Shown here piece by piece: positions 11,285-21,167 of a DNA stretch of 64,000 bases (position 1 is its first letter; every line of letters starts with the position of its first letter). Made by a program: the position numbers and the translations under genes. The DNA is from Pseudomonadota bacterium. Its GTDB lineage: Bacteria; UBA10199; 2-02-FULL-44-16; DYJF01. The notes beneath the pieces were generated by a model. It made no database searches, had not been told where the DNA came from, and was given only the letters and a program-made list of their open reading frames with translations. The DNA lies in assembly GCA_043823065.1 (NCBI GenBank), contig JBDRBB010000008.1:159355-223354 (forward strand), written 5' to 3'.

Positions 11285-12643
11285 ATGCCGCAATTAAAAC
11301 TCTTTGGTACAGATGGGGTGCGCGGAAAAGCCAATTCTGAAAAGATGAACACAGAAATGGCCTTGGCTCTGGGACGGGCCGCAGCCTATTTTGTGCGTAA
11401 TAGCGATGAACTACCTCAGATTGTAATTGGCAAGGATACCAGGCTCTCTGGCTATATGCTGGAAACTGCTTTGGCCAGTGGCATTACCTCCATGGGGTTA
11501 AGTGTTGTTAAAACAGGTCCGTTACCTACACCAGGTGTGGCTTTTATTTGTAGATCCATGCGTGCTCGCCTAGGTGTGGTTATCTCAGCTTCACATAATC
11601 CAGCAGATGAAAATGGCATTAAATTTTTTGGTCAAGATGGTTTTAAATTAAGCCAGGAGCAAGAGAAAGAAATAGAAGAAATCTTTTATAAAAAGATGGC
11701 TAAACAACAGTTAGCCAAACCCAAAAATTTAGGTAAAATTTGGCAAAATGAAGATGCAGGCGGCAGGTACGTTCAATACTTAAAAGAACGTTTTCCCCAT
11801 CGGCTTACTCTGAAAAATATCAAGATAGCCTTGGACGGAGCTAATGGAGCTGCTTACAATGTAGCGCCAGCTGTGCTTTCTGAATTAGGGGCTGAAGTTT
11901 ATGCAGTTGGAGTAAGGCCAAATGGTTTGAATATTAATGATAAGTGCGGAGCCTTGTATCCAGAAAAGATTTGTGAGTTTACCAAAAAAGTTGGGGCAGA
12001 TATTGGCATTACCTTAGATGGCGATGGTGATCGGGTTTTGCTTTCAGATGAAAAAGGCAGACTGGTAGATGGTGATGCAATTTTATATATTTCTGCTAAA
12101 CATCTTAATGCCAAAGGCAACTTGGGAAAATCAACTGTGGTAGGCACCAGTATGACCAATTATGGGCTAGATATAGCTTTAAAAAAAGAAAAAATATCGT
12201 TAGTGCGCACAGATGTAGGAGATCACCATGTTATTTCTTATATGCTAAAACACGGAATTAATTTAGGGGGAGAACCTTGCGGTCATCTGATTTATTTGCA
12301 TCATAGCCAAACTGGAGATGGTTTATTGGCTGCGTTAAGGATTTTATCTGTGATGCAGCAGCAGCAAAAACCTTTAAGTGAATTGGTTAAAGGTTATCAG
12401 CCCTATCCTCAAAAAACAGTTAATGTAAAGGTTAAGATTAAAAAGGATTTTGATAAAATCGCGGAGATTGTAAAAACCAAGCAGCAGATTGAAAAACAGT
12501 TGAATAACAAAGGACGGGTCTTGCTTAGATATTCTGGTACAGAAGCTTTAGCTAGGGTGACTGTTGAATCGCGCGATAATAAAACTACTAATGAAATGGT
12601 AAAAAAATTAGCCAATGTGGTAAGCAAACACCTGGGTGTCTAG
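11285..12643 (+). CDS. glmM: Phosphoglucosamine mutase
   Basis: MPQLKLFGTDGVRGKAN… and the active-site region SASHNPADENGIKFF. Length is 452 aa. Confidence 0.85.
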   Translation: MPQLKLFGTDGVRGKANSEKMNTEMALALGRAAAYFVRNSDELPQIVIGKDTRLSGYMLETALASGITSMGLSVVKTGPLPTPGVAFICRSMRARLGVVISASHNPADENGIKFFGQDGFKLSQEQEKEIEEIFYKKMAKQQLAKPKNLGKIWQNEDAGGRYVQYLKERFPHRLTLKNIKIALDGANGAAYNVAPAVLSELGAEVYAVGVRPNGLNINDKCGALYPEKICEFTKKVGADIGITLDGDGDRVLLSDEKGRLVDGDAILYISAKHLNAKGNLGKSTVVGTSMTNYGLDIALKKEKISLVRTDVGDHHVISYMLKHGINLGGEPCGHLIYLHHSQTGDGLLAALRILSVMQQQQKPLSELVKGYQPYPQKTVNVKVKIKKDFDKIAEIVKTKQQIEKQLNNKGRVLLRYSGTEALARVTVESRDNKTTNEMVKKLANVVSKHLGV

Positions 12644-12652
12644 AAGTCATTT

Positions 12653-13705
12653 CTATAGTTCTATTAGTTCATACTTCCTTGTCCCCAACCCGATCTTTTC
12701 TGCATGCGCAAGTTGTGCTTCATGGTCAATTGTAGGGTGGGCTTTTTTGAATATATCTTCTCCTGCTTTTTTCTTCACCAAATCCAAACCAGCCTGATCA
12801 ATGGCCACCTGGTCTTTACTGGCTAAAATACCAATGTTTGGGCCAATAATTTGGCTATCTTTAAGGCAATCACAGTGCATGGTAATGTGATTAATAAAAC
12901 TCAGACAAAATAGGTTTTTATTTAGCACAGCGCCTAAGGCATATTCAGCAATTTTTTCTTGGAGGTTTTTGCTGGATTCGTTCCAGGTAATAGTTAAAGC
13001 GCCAAATCTGCAGGCAACCACACATTCCCCACAACCCAGGCATTTTTGCAGATCCAGATTTATTTTCTCACCCACAATTTTAAGCGCCTCAGCCGGACAA
13101 ACTTTAAGGCAAAGCTCACAAGCCGTGCATTTATGGGTATTAACTGCTGGGGCCACTGTGGAGTGCATCTCAAATTTACCCAATCTGGCGGCACAACCCA
13201 TGCCGAGATTTTTGATGGCTCCGCCAAAACCAGTGAGAATGTGGCCCTTAAAATGCGAAACCGCAATAATAGTGTTGGCTTCAATAAAGCTTGAGGCAAT
13301 CTTTACTTCCTGAAAATGCTTAGCATTAATTTTGATTTTAGAGTAATTACTGCCTTTAAGGCCATCAGCAATAACAATAGGCACACCCAGTTTTTCATAA
13401 GAAAATCCATGTTTGGCTGCCTGAATTAAATGCTTTACACCTTGGTTTCGTTCGCCAACATAGATAGTATTGGTATCGGTTAGAAAACCATAGGCCCGTT
13501 TTTTTTGGATTAACTTGATAATAGGCTCAAAAAACTCAGGCTTAACAAAGCCTTTATTTCCCTTTTCCCCAAAATGGGTCTTTATGGCCACCAAATCGTT
13601 TTGCTTAAATATATTGGCAAATTTGATGTTGGTCAGAAAATTTAAGAGTTTATTTCTTTTAGCCCAAGGCAAAAAGTAAACTTTGGATTTAATAGGAAGA
13701 CTCAT
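12653..13705 (-). CDS. DUF362-domain protein with a 2x[4Fe-4S] ferredoxin insert
   Basis: Two CxxCxxCxxxCP motifs (CTACELCLKVCP, CLGCGECVVAC) embedded in a DUF362-like scaffold. ATG at 13705. Confidence 0.55.
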   Translation of the reverse strand: MSLPIKSKVYFLPWAKRNKLLNFLTNIKFANIFKQNDLVAIKTHFGEKGNKGFVKPEFFEPIIKLIQKKRAYGFLTDTNTIYVGERNQGVKHLIQAAKHGFSYEKLGVPIVIADGLKGSNYSKIKINAKHFQEVKIASSFIEANTIIAVSHFKGHILTGFGGAIKNLGMGCAARLGKFEMHSTVAPAVNTHKCTACELCLKVCPAEALKIVGEKINLDLQKCLGCGECVVACRFGALTITWNESSKNLQEKIAEYALGAVLNKNLFCLSFINHITMHCDCLKDSQIIGPNIGILASKDQVAIDQAGLDLVKKKAGEDIFKKAHPTIDHEAQLAHAEKIGLGTRKYELIEL

Positions 13706-13707
13706 GA

Positions 13708-14370
13708 TCAAGAGATTTTTTCACATATATACATAATATGTGGGTAAGGCAAAAAGTCTATCATGTAATGATAATAAACCTTAAAACCCAAGTCCTGTAA
13801 TAATTGCATAATTTCAGAACGTTTCCAATAATGGATGATAGTGCCTGGATACATAATTTTGTCCAAAATATGGGTAAACCAAAGCTTATAAGCTGGTTCA
13901 GTGTCAACATCTTTGATAATAAGGCGAGAATTTGGTTTTAATTGATAAGAGATTTTTTTGAGCAATTCTTTTACTTCATCAGGAGGAATATGATGAATAA
14001 TGTCTAGCATATATACCCCATCATAATTTGATTCTAAATTAAAATCTCTAACATCTGCATTAATGTATTCAACATTTTTTATGCTCAATTTTGCAGCTAT
14101 TTGCTTGGCCTGATTAGTGCGACTTAGGTCCAGGTCGATCCCATAAATAGTTAATTCTGGATGTTTCTGAGCATAATATAGGGAGAATAATCCAAAGCCA
14201 GATCCAATATCTAGAACCTTTCCTTGTTTTGGTAAATATTGCTCAATTTCCTCTAAGAAACGTTGATGGAGAATCTTAAATCGACACCAGCAATAGGCCT
14301 TTACGATTTTGCTATCATAACCGCTGATAATATTTCCAATAATTTTATTATTTGAAAAGCGAGTTAACAT
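13708..14370 (-). CDS. Class I SAM-dependent methyltransferase
   Basis: Motif I VLDIGSGFG. Length is 220 aa. Confidence 0.6.
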   Translation of the reverse strand: MLTRFSNNKIIGNIISGYDSKIVKAYCWCRFKILHQRFLEEIEQYLPKQGKVLDIGSGFGLFSLYYAQKHPELTIYGIDLDLSRTNQAKQIAAKLSIKNVEYINADVRDFNLESNYDGVYMLDIIHHIPPDEVKELLKKISYQLKPNSRLIIKDVDTEPAYKLWFTHILDKIMYPGTIIHYWKRSEIMQLLQDLGFKVYYHYMIDFLPYPHIMYICEKIS

Positions 14371-14478
14371 TTTGCTATTTTAAGCCAAGAAAATAAAAAT
14401 TACAAATCTATTAGTAGGATTAATTTCAAGGTAATTTTTATTTTATCTCTAGGTTTAAATATGCTAAATTAAATCTCT

Positions 14479-15279
14479 ATGGATTACCTTTCCGAACTAG
14501 AAAACTGTTCTATTTATATCTTTCGCGAAGCTTATGCGCGGTTTAAAAATGTGGCTCTTTTGTGGTCTATAGGTAAGGATTCCACTTCTATGCTCTGGCT
14601 AGCCCGTAAAGCCTTTTATGGTAAAATTCCCTTTCCAGTTATTCATATAGATACCAGCTATAAATTTAGGGAAATCTATGATTTTAGAGAAAAATATGCC
14701 AAAGAGTGGAATCTAGAATTACTGGTCAGCAAGAATGAAGCAGCTCTGCGCGCTGGGATGTGTAAGGAAAAAGGGGCAATTGAATGTTGCACTGCCTTGA
14801 AAACCCAGGCTCTTAAAATGACCTTGGCAGAATATAATTTTAAGGCCTTATTTTTGGCAATTAGACGCGATGAACACGGCATTAGGGCTAAGGAACGTTA
14901 TTTTTCACCTCGAGATTCAAAATTTCAATGGGATTATCAAAATCAGCCAGCAGAAATGTGGGATTTATATAAAAAAGATATTGAAGAAGATCAGCACTTT
15001 CGAATTCATCCTATGCTGCATTGGCGAGAAATTGATGTCTGGCGCTATGTTCAGCGCGAAAATATGCCAGTAGTAAATCTTTATTTTGCTAAAGATGGAA
15101 AGCGTTATCGCAGTATTGGTTGTCAGCCGTGCTGTGCGCCAGTGGAATCAAAAGCAAACACAATTAAAAAAATAGTTAAAGAGCTGGAAACTACCAAAGT
15201 TGCTGAAAGAAGCGGTAGGGCTCAAGACAAAGAAGATGCCTATACCATGCAGAAATTGCGCAGCCTGGGCTACATGTAA
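14479..15279 (+). CDS. cysD: Sulfate adenylyltransferase subunit 2 (PAPS reductase/ATP-sulfurylase small subunit family)
   Basis: PP-loop SIGKDS, conserved position ahead of cysN, 266 aa. Confidence 0.8.
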   Translation: MDYLSELENCSIYIFREAYARFKNVALLWSIGKDSTSMLWLARKAFYGKIPFPVIHIDTSYKFREIYDFREKYAKEWNLELLVSKNEAALRAGMCKEKGAIECCTALKTQALKMTLAEYNFKALFLAIRRDEHGIRAKERYFSPRDSKFQWDYQNQPAEMWDLYKKDIEEDQHFRIHPMLHWREIDVWRYVQRENMPVVNLYFAKDGKRYRSIGCQPCCAPVESKANTIKKIVKELETTKVAERSGRAQDKEDAYTMQKLRSLGYM

Positions 15280-15281
15280 TT

Positions 15282-16520
15282 ATGCTATTTAAAAAGAAAC
15301 GAGATAGTTTAAAAATAGTAATTGTCGGTCATGTGGATCATGGCAAATCCACGCTAATTGGGCGTTTGCTTTTGGATACCAATTCTTTGCCCAAAGAAAA
15401 AATGGCAGAAATTAAGCAAGTCTCTAAAGAATTAGGTCGTGAGACTCAATTAGCTTATTTAATTGATCACCTAAAAGAAGAGCGCGAAAAAAATATCACT
15501 ATTGATACCAGCCAAATCTTTTTTCAGACCAAAAAAAGAGAATATGTAATTATTGATGCCCCAGGGCATGTTAAATTTTTAAAGAACATGATCAGCGGCG
15601 CCAGTCTGGCTGAAGCTGCAATATTAATTGTTGATGCTAAGGAAGGCATGCAAGAACAAACCAGACGACATGCTTATGTCGTGAGTCTGCTGGGTCTTGA
15701 TAAGGTGATAGTGCTCTTAAATAAAATGGATCTTCTAAATTATGATCAAACCAGGTTTGAACAGGTGAAAAAAGAATTACAGGATTTCTTTGTCAAACAA
15801 AACTTAAAACCAATAGCTATCCTGCCGATCTCTGCTGGCAAAGGAGATAATATATCCAAAAAATCTGCTAATCTGAGTTGGTATAAAGGTGATCCATTGC
15901 TCAAGATTATGGATAATTTGAGATTATCAGCCAAACCAGAAAACCTGCCTCTGCGTTTTCCCGTGCAAGATATCTATCAGCTTAATGAAGAGAAAATTGT
16001 GGTGGGCAAGGTAGCTGCTGGCAAAATTAATACAGGTCAAAGGGTGCATTTAGCAATTTCAAATCAACTAGCCCAAATTAAATCTATTAAAATTTTTGAA
16101 AAAGATCTGCCTTATGCAGAAGCTGGTCAGTGTGTTGGGCTAACTTTTACTGAGCCAATTAATCTTGAACGCGGCGATATTATTAGCGCAAACAGTGAGC
16201 CAGCCGAGCCGGTTTTTAGATTTCAGGGAAATATTTTTTGGATGGCTGATCAACCCTTGCAGCTAAACAAAACTTTGACTTTGCGGTTGGCTACTCAAGA
16301 AGTAGAATGTATGGCGGAAAAAATTGAAACCCGCATGAATTCTTCCACCTTTGAAGTTCTAGAGCAATCTGCAACAGAACTCCTCCAAAATGAAGCTGCC
16401 TTAGTTACCTTTAAAACCCATAAACCCATTGTTGCGGAAAAATTTACCTATATCGAAGAACTGGGCCGCTTTGTTATTGAATATAATTATAATTTGCAGG
16501 GCGCTGGAATAATTTCCTAA
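15282..16520 (+). CDS. cysN: Sulfate adenylyltransferase subunit 1 (GTPase), no fused APS kinase domain
   Basis: G1 motif GHVDHGKST, DAPGH and NKMD motifs. Length is 412 aa. Confidence 0.8.
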   Translation: MLFKKKRDSLKIVIVGHVDHGKSTLIGRLLLDTNSLPKEKMAEIKQVSKELGRETQLAYLIDHLKEEREKNITIDTSQIFFQTKKREYVIIDAPGHVKFLKNMISGASLAEAAILIVDAKEGMQEQTRRHAYVVSLLGLDKVIVLLNKMDLLNYDQTRFEQVKKELQDFFVKQNLKPIAILPISAGKGDNISKKSANLSWYKGDPLLKIMDNLRLSAKPENLPLRFPVQDIYQLNEEKIVVGKVAAGKINTGQRVHLAISNQLAQIKSIKIFEKDLPYAEAGQCVGLTFTEPINLERGDIISANSEPAEPVFRFQGNIFWMADQPLQLNKTLTLRLATQEVECMAEKIETRMNSSTFEVLEQSATELLQNEAALVTFKTHKPIVAEKFTYIEELGRFVIEYNYNLQGAGIIS

Positions 16521-16535
16521 AAGAGGTTATATAAT

Positions 16536-18974
16536 ATGAAAAAAAAGACCCTTCTTGGAGCAGGGAGCGTGCTTTTGGTGCTTGCTATTGGGATATATTT
16601 TTATCTTGAAAAAACAAGAGAACTGACTTTGTCTCAAAGTTTTCAATATGGCTCTAAAAAGATTTTAGAGAAGACAGACAAATTAATTGAACAAGCCAAA
16701 ACATATGACCAAGAAGCCATATTAAATAATCTGGGAAAAAATAAAAAAAATGGATTCTATTTTAGATTTGATGATAATTTAGAGTTAGTAAATATAATTA
16801 ATAGTACAGCTAAATCGACTAGCTTGTCTGATGTACCAAAAATAATTAAATTTGGTGGTGGAAACAAAAAGAATATGAATCAATTGATTTGCATTAATAA
16901 TAAATGCCAAATTAAAAATGAAATTTTGAGAATTCAACAGGTTGAAAAGGGATTTTTAGAGAATAAGCAAAGTTTGAATATCGATGAAAAAAGTGTTGGA
17001 GAAATTGAAGTAAGAATGAAGGCTAAAAGAGCAAAGGTTTCCAGAATAACTTTTTGGGGGATAGAAACAGCTAGCCTTTATCATACTAATCAAGATATTG
17101 GGGGTATGGTCCCCCAATTTGACATTGACATCATTCCCGATGATAAATTTCATATATATAGAATAAATGCCGCAAATCTTTTTGCCACTGCTGCTTCAAA
17201 AATCACAAAAATAATATGGGTTCCCTCTGATGTTAAAGGGGATACAATAGAAATAGATTATTTGAAGTTGATACCGAAATTAACTGAATATAGGCAAAAA
17301 GATTTTGATATAACTTATGAGCAAATAAATAATGAATATAGAAAAGTGATTTATGTTAATCCCCCTTTAACATTAAGCTATTCGTTACAGTTACCTAAGG
17401 ACAATGTATATTTATCTTTTGGATTAGGATTATTAGAACCCCAAAAATCAATTGATTTTAAAGTATTATTAAAACATGCAAACACAATTAAGAAAATATT
17501 TAATTATAAGATGTTTGATAACACAGCTTGGAAAGATATTAAGATAGATTTGTCTGAATGGTCCAATCAAAAAGTTGATATTTTATTTGAGGTTAATGGT
17601 AATGGGAATATAGCATTCTGGAGCAACCCCCTGGTTTTTAGTAAGCCCAAAGAAAGATTTAATGTAATTATTGTCTTAGAAGATTCTTTAAGGGCTGACC
17701 ATTTGTCTTGTTATGGATATTTTAGAAACACTTCACCAATAAAAGATGCTTTAGTTAAGAAAGGTGTGCTTTTTTCAAATGCTTATTCTCAGGCAACCTA
17801 TACCCGGCCTTCTTGTTCATCATTTATGACTTCTTTATATCCTACAGCAACTGGGGTTTGGAATTTTGCTAATATGTTAAGTGAAAAATATATAACTTTG
17901 GCAGAGGTTTTACGATCGCAGGGCTATAGTACAGCTTCTTTTATACAAAACCCAAGCGCTGGTCCATCTGCTGGTTTGCAACAAGGATTTAGCCGCTTAT
18001 TTAATCGACCAGGTGATATATATAATAATCTACTTTGGAATTGGTTGGCTGAAAATCAAGATCGAAATTTTTTTATATATTTGCATTTAATAGACCCTCA
18101 TTTTCCATTTGATCCTCCACCGCCTTTTCGGAGTTGGTATCAACAAATTGCTCCAGGAAAAATGCCGGTTAAAAAAAGACTAGATTTTGATCCTTTATGG
18201 GTTGATGATCCTACGGTAGAAGGACGAATAGCTTTATATGATGGCGAAATAAGCTATAATGACTATTTATTTGGTAAATTAATTAATGCCCTAACTTATT
18301 ATAAGCTGCTAAAAAATACATTAATAATAGTTATTGGAGATCATGGCGAGTTTTTAGATGATTTCAACATGTGGAGCCATCATCCACCTGGATATATTCA
18401 GGTGTTGCATATTCCCCTGATAATGGCTTACCCGGGAAAAATACCAAGCGGTTTAATTATTGACCAGCCAGTTCAGCTTTTGGATATTATGCCGACCATT
18501 CTGGATTTTGCTGATATTGACAGCAAAAAACTATTATTACAGGGAGATTCTTTACTATCATTAATTCAGGACAAAGAGAAGTTTTTTTGGAATAATAGGG
18601 TAGGTTTATCAGACGAGGTTAAATATAGAAGTAAAGAAGAACCATATAATTGGGGAAGTATTTTTTTTAGGGATTGGCATCTTATTCATTCAGATTCATT
18701 TCCAGATAAGGATTTTAATAGAGAAAAAGATTTAGCAGATAATCGTATGGTTGGCACAAAAGCCTTTTACGATGCGGTTGACAAGCAAGAAAAATATGAG
18801 ATGAACTTCTTTTTTGAAACCGAAATTTCTACTAAAGAGTTTGTTGATTTTATTAATGCGATTCAGGATAAAAATAAAACAATCCATAATATAATCATAG
18901 GAGATGAAGAAGAACCAATTAAATACGATCCTGAAGCTAGGGAGCGTCTTAAAGCCTTAGGTTATGTTCAGTAA
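16536..18974 (+). CDS. Membrane-anchored sulfatase-family (alkaline phosphatase superfamily) protein with ~370-aa N-terminal domain of unknown function
   Basis: The sulfatase core starts at ~aa 375 (NVIIVLEDSLRADHLSCYGY…, later GDHGE). There is an N-terminal TM helix. The N-terminal third is AT-rich and has no recognisable motif. Confidence 0.65.
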   Translation: MKKKTLLGAGSVLLVLAIGIYFYLEKTRELTLSQSFQYGSKKILEKTDKLIEQAKTYDQEAILNNLGKNKKNGFYFRFDDNLELVNIINSTAKSTSLSDVPKIIKFGGGNKKNMNQLICINNKCQIKNEILRIQQVEKGFLENKQSLNIDEKSVGEIEVRMKAKRAKVSRITFWGIETASLYHTNQDIGGMVPQFDIDIIPDDKFHIYRINAANLFATAASKITKIIWVPSDVKGDTIEIDYLKLIPKLTEYRQKDFDITYEQINNEYRKVIYVNPPLTLSYSLQLPKDNVYLSFGLGLLEPQKSIDFKVLLKHANTIKKIFNYKMFDNTAWKDIKIDLSEWSNQKVDILFEVNGNGNIAFWSNPLVFSKPKERFNVIIVLEDSLRADHLSCYGYFRNTSPIKDALVKKGVLFSNAYSQATYTRPSCSSFMTSLYPTATGVWNFANMLSEKYITLAEVLRSQGYSTASFIQNPSAGPSAGLQQGFSRLFNRPGDIYNNLLWNWLAENQDRNFFIYLHLIDPHFPFDPPPPFRSWYQQIAPGKMPVKKRLDFDPLWVDDPTVEGRIALYDGEISYNDYLFGKLINALTYYKLLKNTLIIVIGDHGEFLDDFNMWSHHPPGYIQVLHIPLIMAYPGKIPSGLIIDQPVQLLDIMPTILDFADIDSKKLLLQGDSLLSLIQDKEKFFWNNRVGLSDEVKYRSKEEPYNWGSIFFRDWHLIHSDSFPDKDFNREKDLADNRMVGTKAFYDAVDKQEKYEMNFFFETEISTKEFVDFINAIQDKNKTIHNIIIGDEEEPIKYDPEARERLKALGYVQ

Positions 18975-18977
18975 TTA

Positions 18978-21029
18978 TTAAAATAATGGCTTCCCATCCA
19001 AATCCATTTTTGCCATTTCTTCATCAGTATAACCCACCTGTTTCAAGATGGTTGGGGTTATGTCATAGATTGATGGATCATCTTTAGTGATCTTTTTGTT
19101 GGTTAAAATGACTCCTGGAACTAAAGCTGGATCAAATAGATGAGAGCCAGACCATTTTTTCAAGTTATCTTCAATTAAACTTTCAGGCGTTGCTCCTAAA
19201 GCAGTTTGCCAGGAAGCGCGGTAACCAATGTTAAAACCTACATAAAGATCTGGAGTCTCTTCTACTAAATCTCCCCAAAATGCTTCTTCTCTGGGATAAA
19301 CTTTGCTGACTATGGGTTTTTGAAATTTATCATCTTGCCACTGTGCTATTTTTTCAGCGATTTCTTTTTTCAAATTTTCCGTTTCTAAACCTGGCTTAAC
19401 AATACCATATTTTTCTCTACCTTCTTGATTAATGTAAATAGCGCCAAAACCAATAGCATAAGCTTTAGTCCTGGACCAATCTACATCCAACAATAATTCC
19501 TGACCAGCATCAGCTCCATCATCTCTTAAAGTAAGATAACCATTTAGTCTTAACCAGGTATTTATATGAGCAGATCTGCGAAAAGTATCAAAACCATGAT
19601 CAGAAAGCACAATTAGAGTATCTTCAGGATCTAATCTTTGCATTAAATTAGCTAAGACATTGTCTAATTTGATATACCAGTTTTCAATCATGTCTTTGTA
19701 TTCTTGCGGAGCATCAGCATTATAAAGAGGATGATCAGGATCAGTGTAACGCCAGAACATATGTTGCATTATATCTGAGGATTCAAAATAGCAGTAGATC
19801 AGTCCATTTTTAAGCTGGTTTAGTTCATGATGGAGCATGTCAATTTTTTCTTTAAGAATTACGTTTACCTGCTCTAGAAAAGGTTTTTCACTCAAGCGTT
19901 TTTCATTTACTGACCAGGTATCCATGGGCATACCTTGGGTATAATAGAGTCCAAGTGCTTCAGCTAGTTCCTTACTGTAATTCTTGGGATAGGAAATCTG
20001 AAACAAAGGATCTCTGGGATCCATATTGATGGGGCTGATATAGAGCTTAAATTCAGGCTCAGTTTCCACTAAATAAAATTTAAATATGCCTTTGGCTTTT
20101 TTAAGGAAACCTAATTTGAAGCTCACTTCTTGCCAGTCACTCCATTTGCCAACTTTCAGCTCAGTTTCTTTGTTTTGAAATTTAATCAAGGCTTTGTTGC
20201 CTTGAATATTAGCCATAAAAGGTACTTTAACGTTTTCTGCCTGGCCTTTGCCAGAAGCTAGTTTAGGACCGATCAGGTTCATCAAAATTTCAGATGATTT
20301 TCGAACTTGAAAAACTTTGCCGCCAATATCTTTGTCTTTTTCTAAAGGTTCAGTTGTATAAAAGGTGAAAGTGCCTTCAGTGCCTAAGATATCTGGTACG
20401 CCCATGCCAGAAAGCATTTTGCCATAAATTTTATCAGGCGGAAAAGTAATGGGATGGGTAATTAAAATAGTGGACACTTTTTTTTCAGAAGTATAGTTCC
20501 AAAAAGCTTTACCATGTATGGGACGTACTGGTTTTTCATCCTTAAATTGAGATAATGAAAGAGAGAGCATGTAATCTTTGGGACTTCGCATAATAAAATC
20601 AAATACACCATGTTTACCAGGATTACGGCCAGTGGCAAAGCCAGACCAGGCTACAGGTGACTGAGGAGGGTTGGTGGTGCCAAGCCTAGCATATGAGCCT
20701 TGATCTATTAATTTTTTGAAAGCAGGTAATTTGCTCTCAGCTAATAAGCGTTCTACAATTTTCGGACTTAAGCCATCATAACCTAAAATAACAATTTTGT
20801 TTTTAAATTCAGTGCCATTTTTTGTCATAATTACTCCTAGATAAATTCCTCCGCCAATAAGGGCTATTAACAGAATTGCCAAAAAAATCTTCCAGTGTTT
20901 TTTAAGAAAATTAAAAATTTTTTTGAAAAAAAGTAGAATAGTGCCTAAAAAAGCCAAAATAATAGCAATAAACCAGCCACTTGAAGTGGCTAATGTAAAC
21001 CCTGTGCCAGGATCTATATAACCAAACAT
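18978..21029 (-). CDS. Alkaline-phosphatase-family protein (type I phosphodiesterase/nucleotide pyrophosphatase-like) with an N-terminal TM anchor
   Basis: GYDGLSP…TTNPPQSPVAWSGFATGRNPGKHG is characteristic of PF01663-like enzymes. GAGGGGGG RBS sits before ATG 21029. Confidence 0.6.
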   Translation of the reverse strand: MFGYIDPGTGFTLATSSGWFIAIILAFLGTILLFFKKIFNFLKKHWKIFLAILLIALIGGGIYLGVIMTKNGTEFKNKIVILGYDGLSPKIVERLLAESKLPAFKKLIDQGSYARLGTTNPPQSPVAWSGFATGRNPGKHGVFDFIMRSPKDYMLSLSLSQFKDEKPVRPIHGKAFWNYTSEKKVSTILITHPITFPPDKIYGKMLSGMGVPDILGTEGTFTFYTTEPLEKDKDIGGKVFQVRKSSEILMNLIGPKLASGKGQAENVKVPFMANIQGNKALIKFQNKETELKVGKWSDWQEVSFKLGFLKKAKGIFKFYLVETEPEFKLYISPINMDPRDPLFQISYPKNYSKELAEALGLYYTQGMPMDTWSVNEKRLSEKPFLEQVNVILKEKIDMLHHELNQLKNGLIYCYFESSDIMQHMFWRYTDPDHPLYNADAPQEYKDMIENWYIKLDNVLANLMQRLDPEDTLIVLSDHGFDTFRRSAHINTWLRLNGYLTLRDDGADAGQELLLDVDWSRTKAYAIGFGAIYINQEGREKYGIVKPGLETENLKKEIAEKIAQWQDDKFQKPIVSKVYPREEAFWGDLVEETPDLYVGFNIGYRASWQTALGATPESLIEDNLKKWSGSHLFDPALVPGVILTNKKITKDDPSIYDITPTILKQVGYTDEEMAKMDLDGKPLF

Positions 21030-21167
21030 TGTAACCCCCCTCTGCCAAAACTTTAGCTGAATTTATAACATATTAATTAACATCTGCTAAGGAAAAAAAT
21101 ACGCAACTTTTTTGTTATAAAGACGATAAAAACCTTAATAAGCCACAGAGCTTACAAAGGGGAATTT

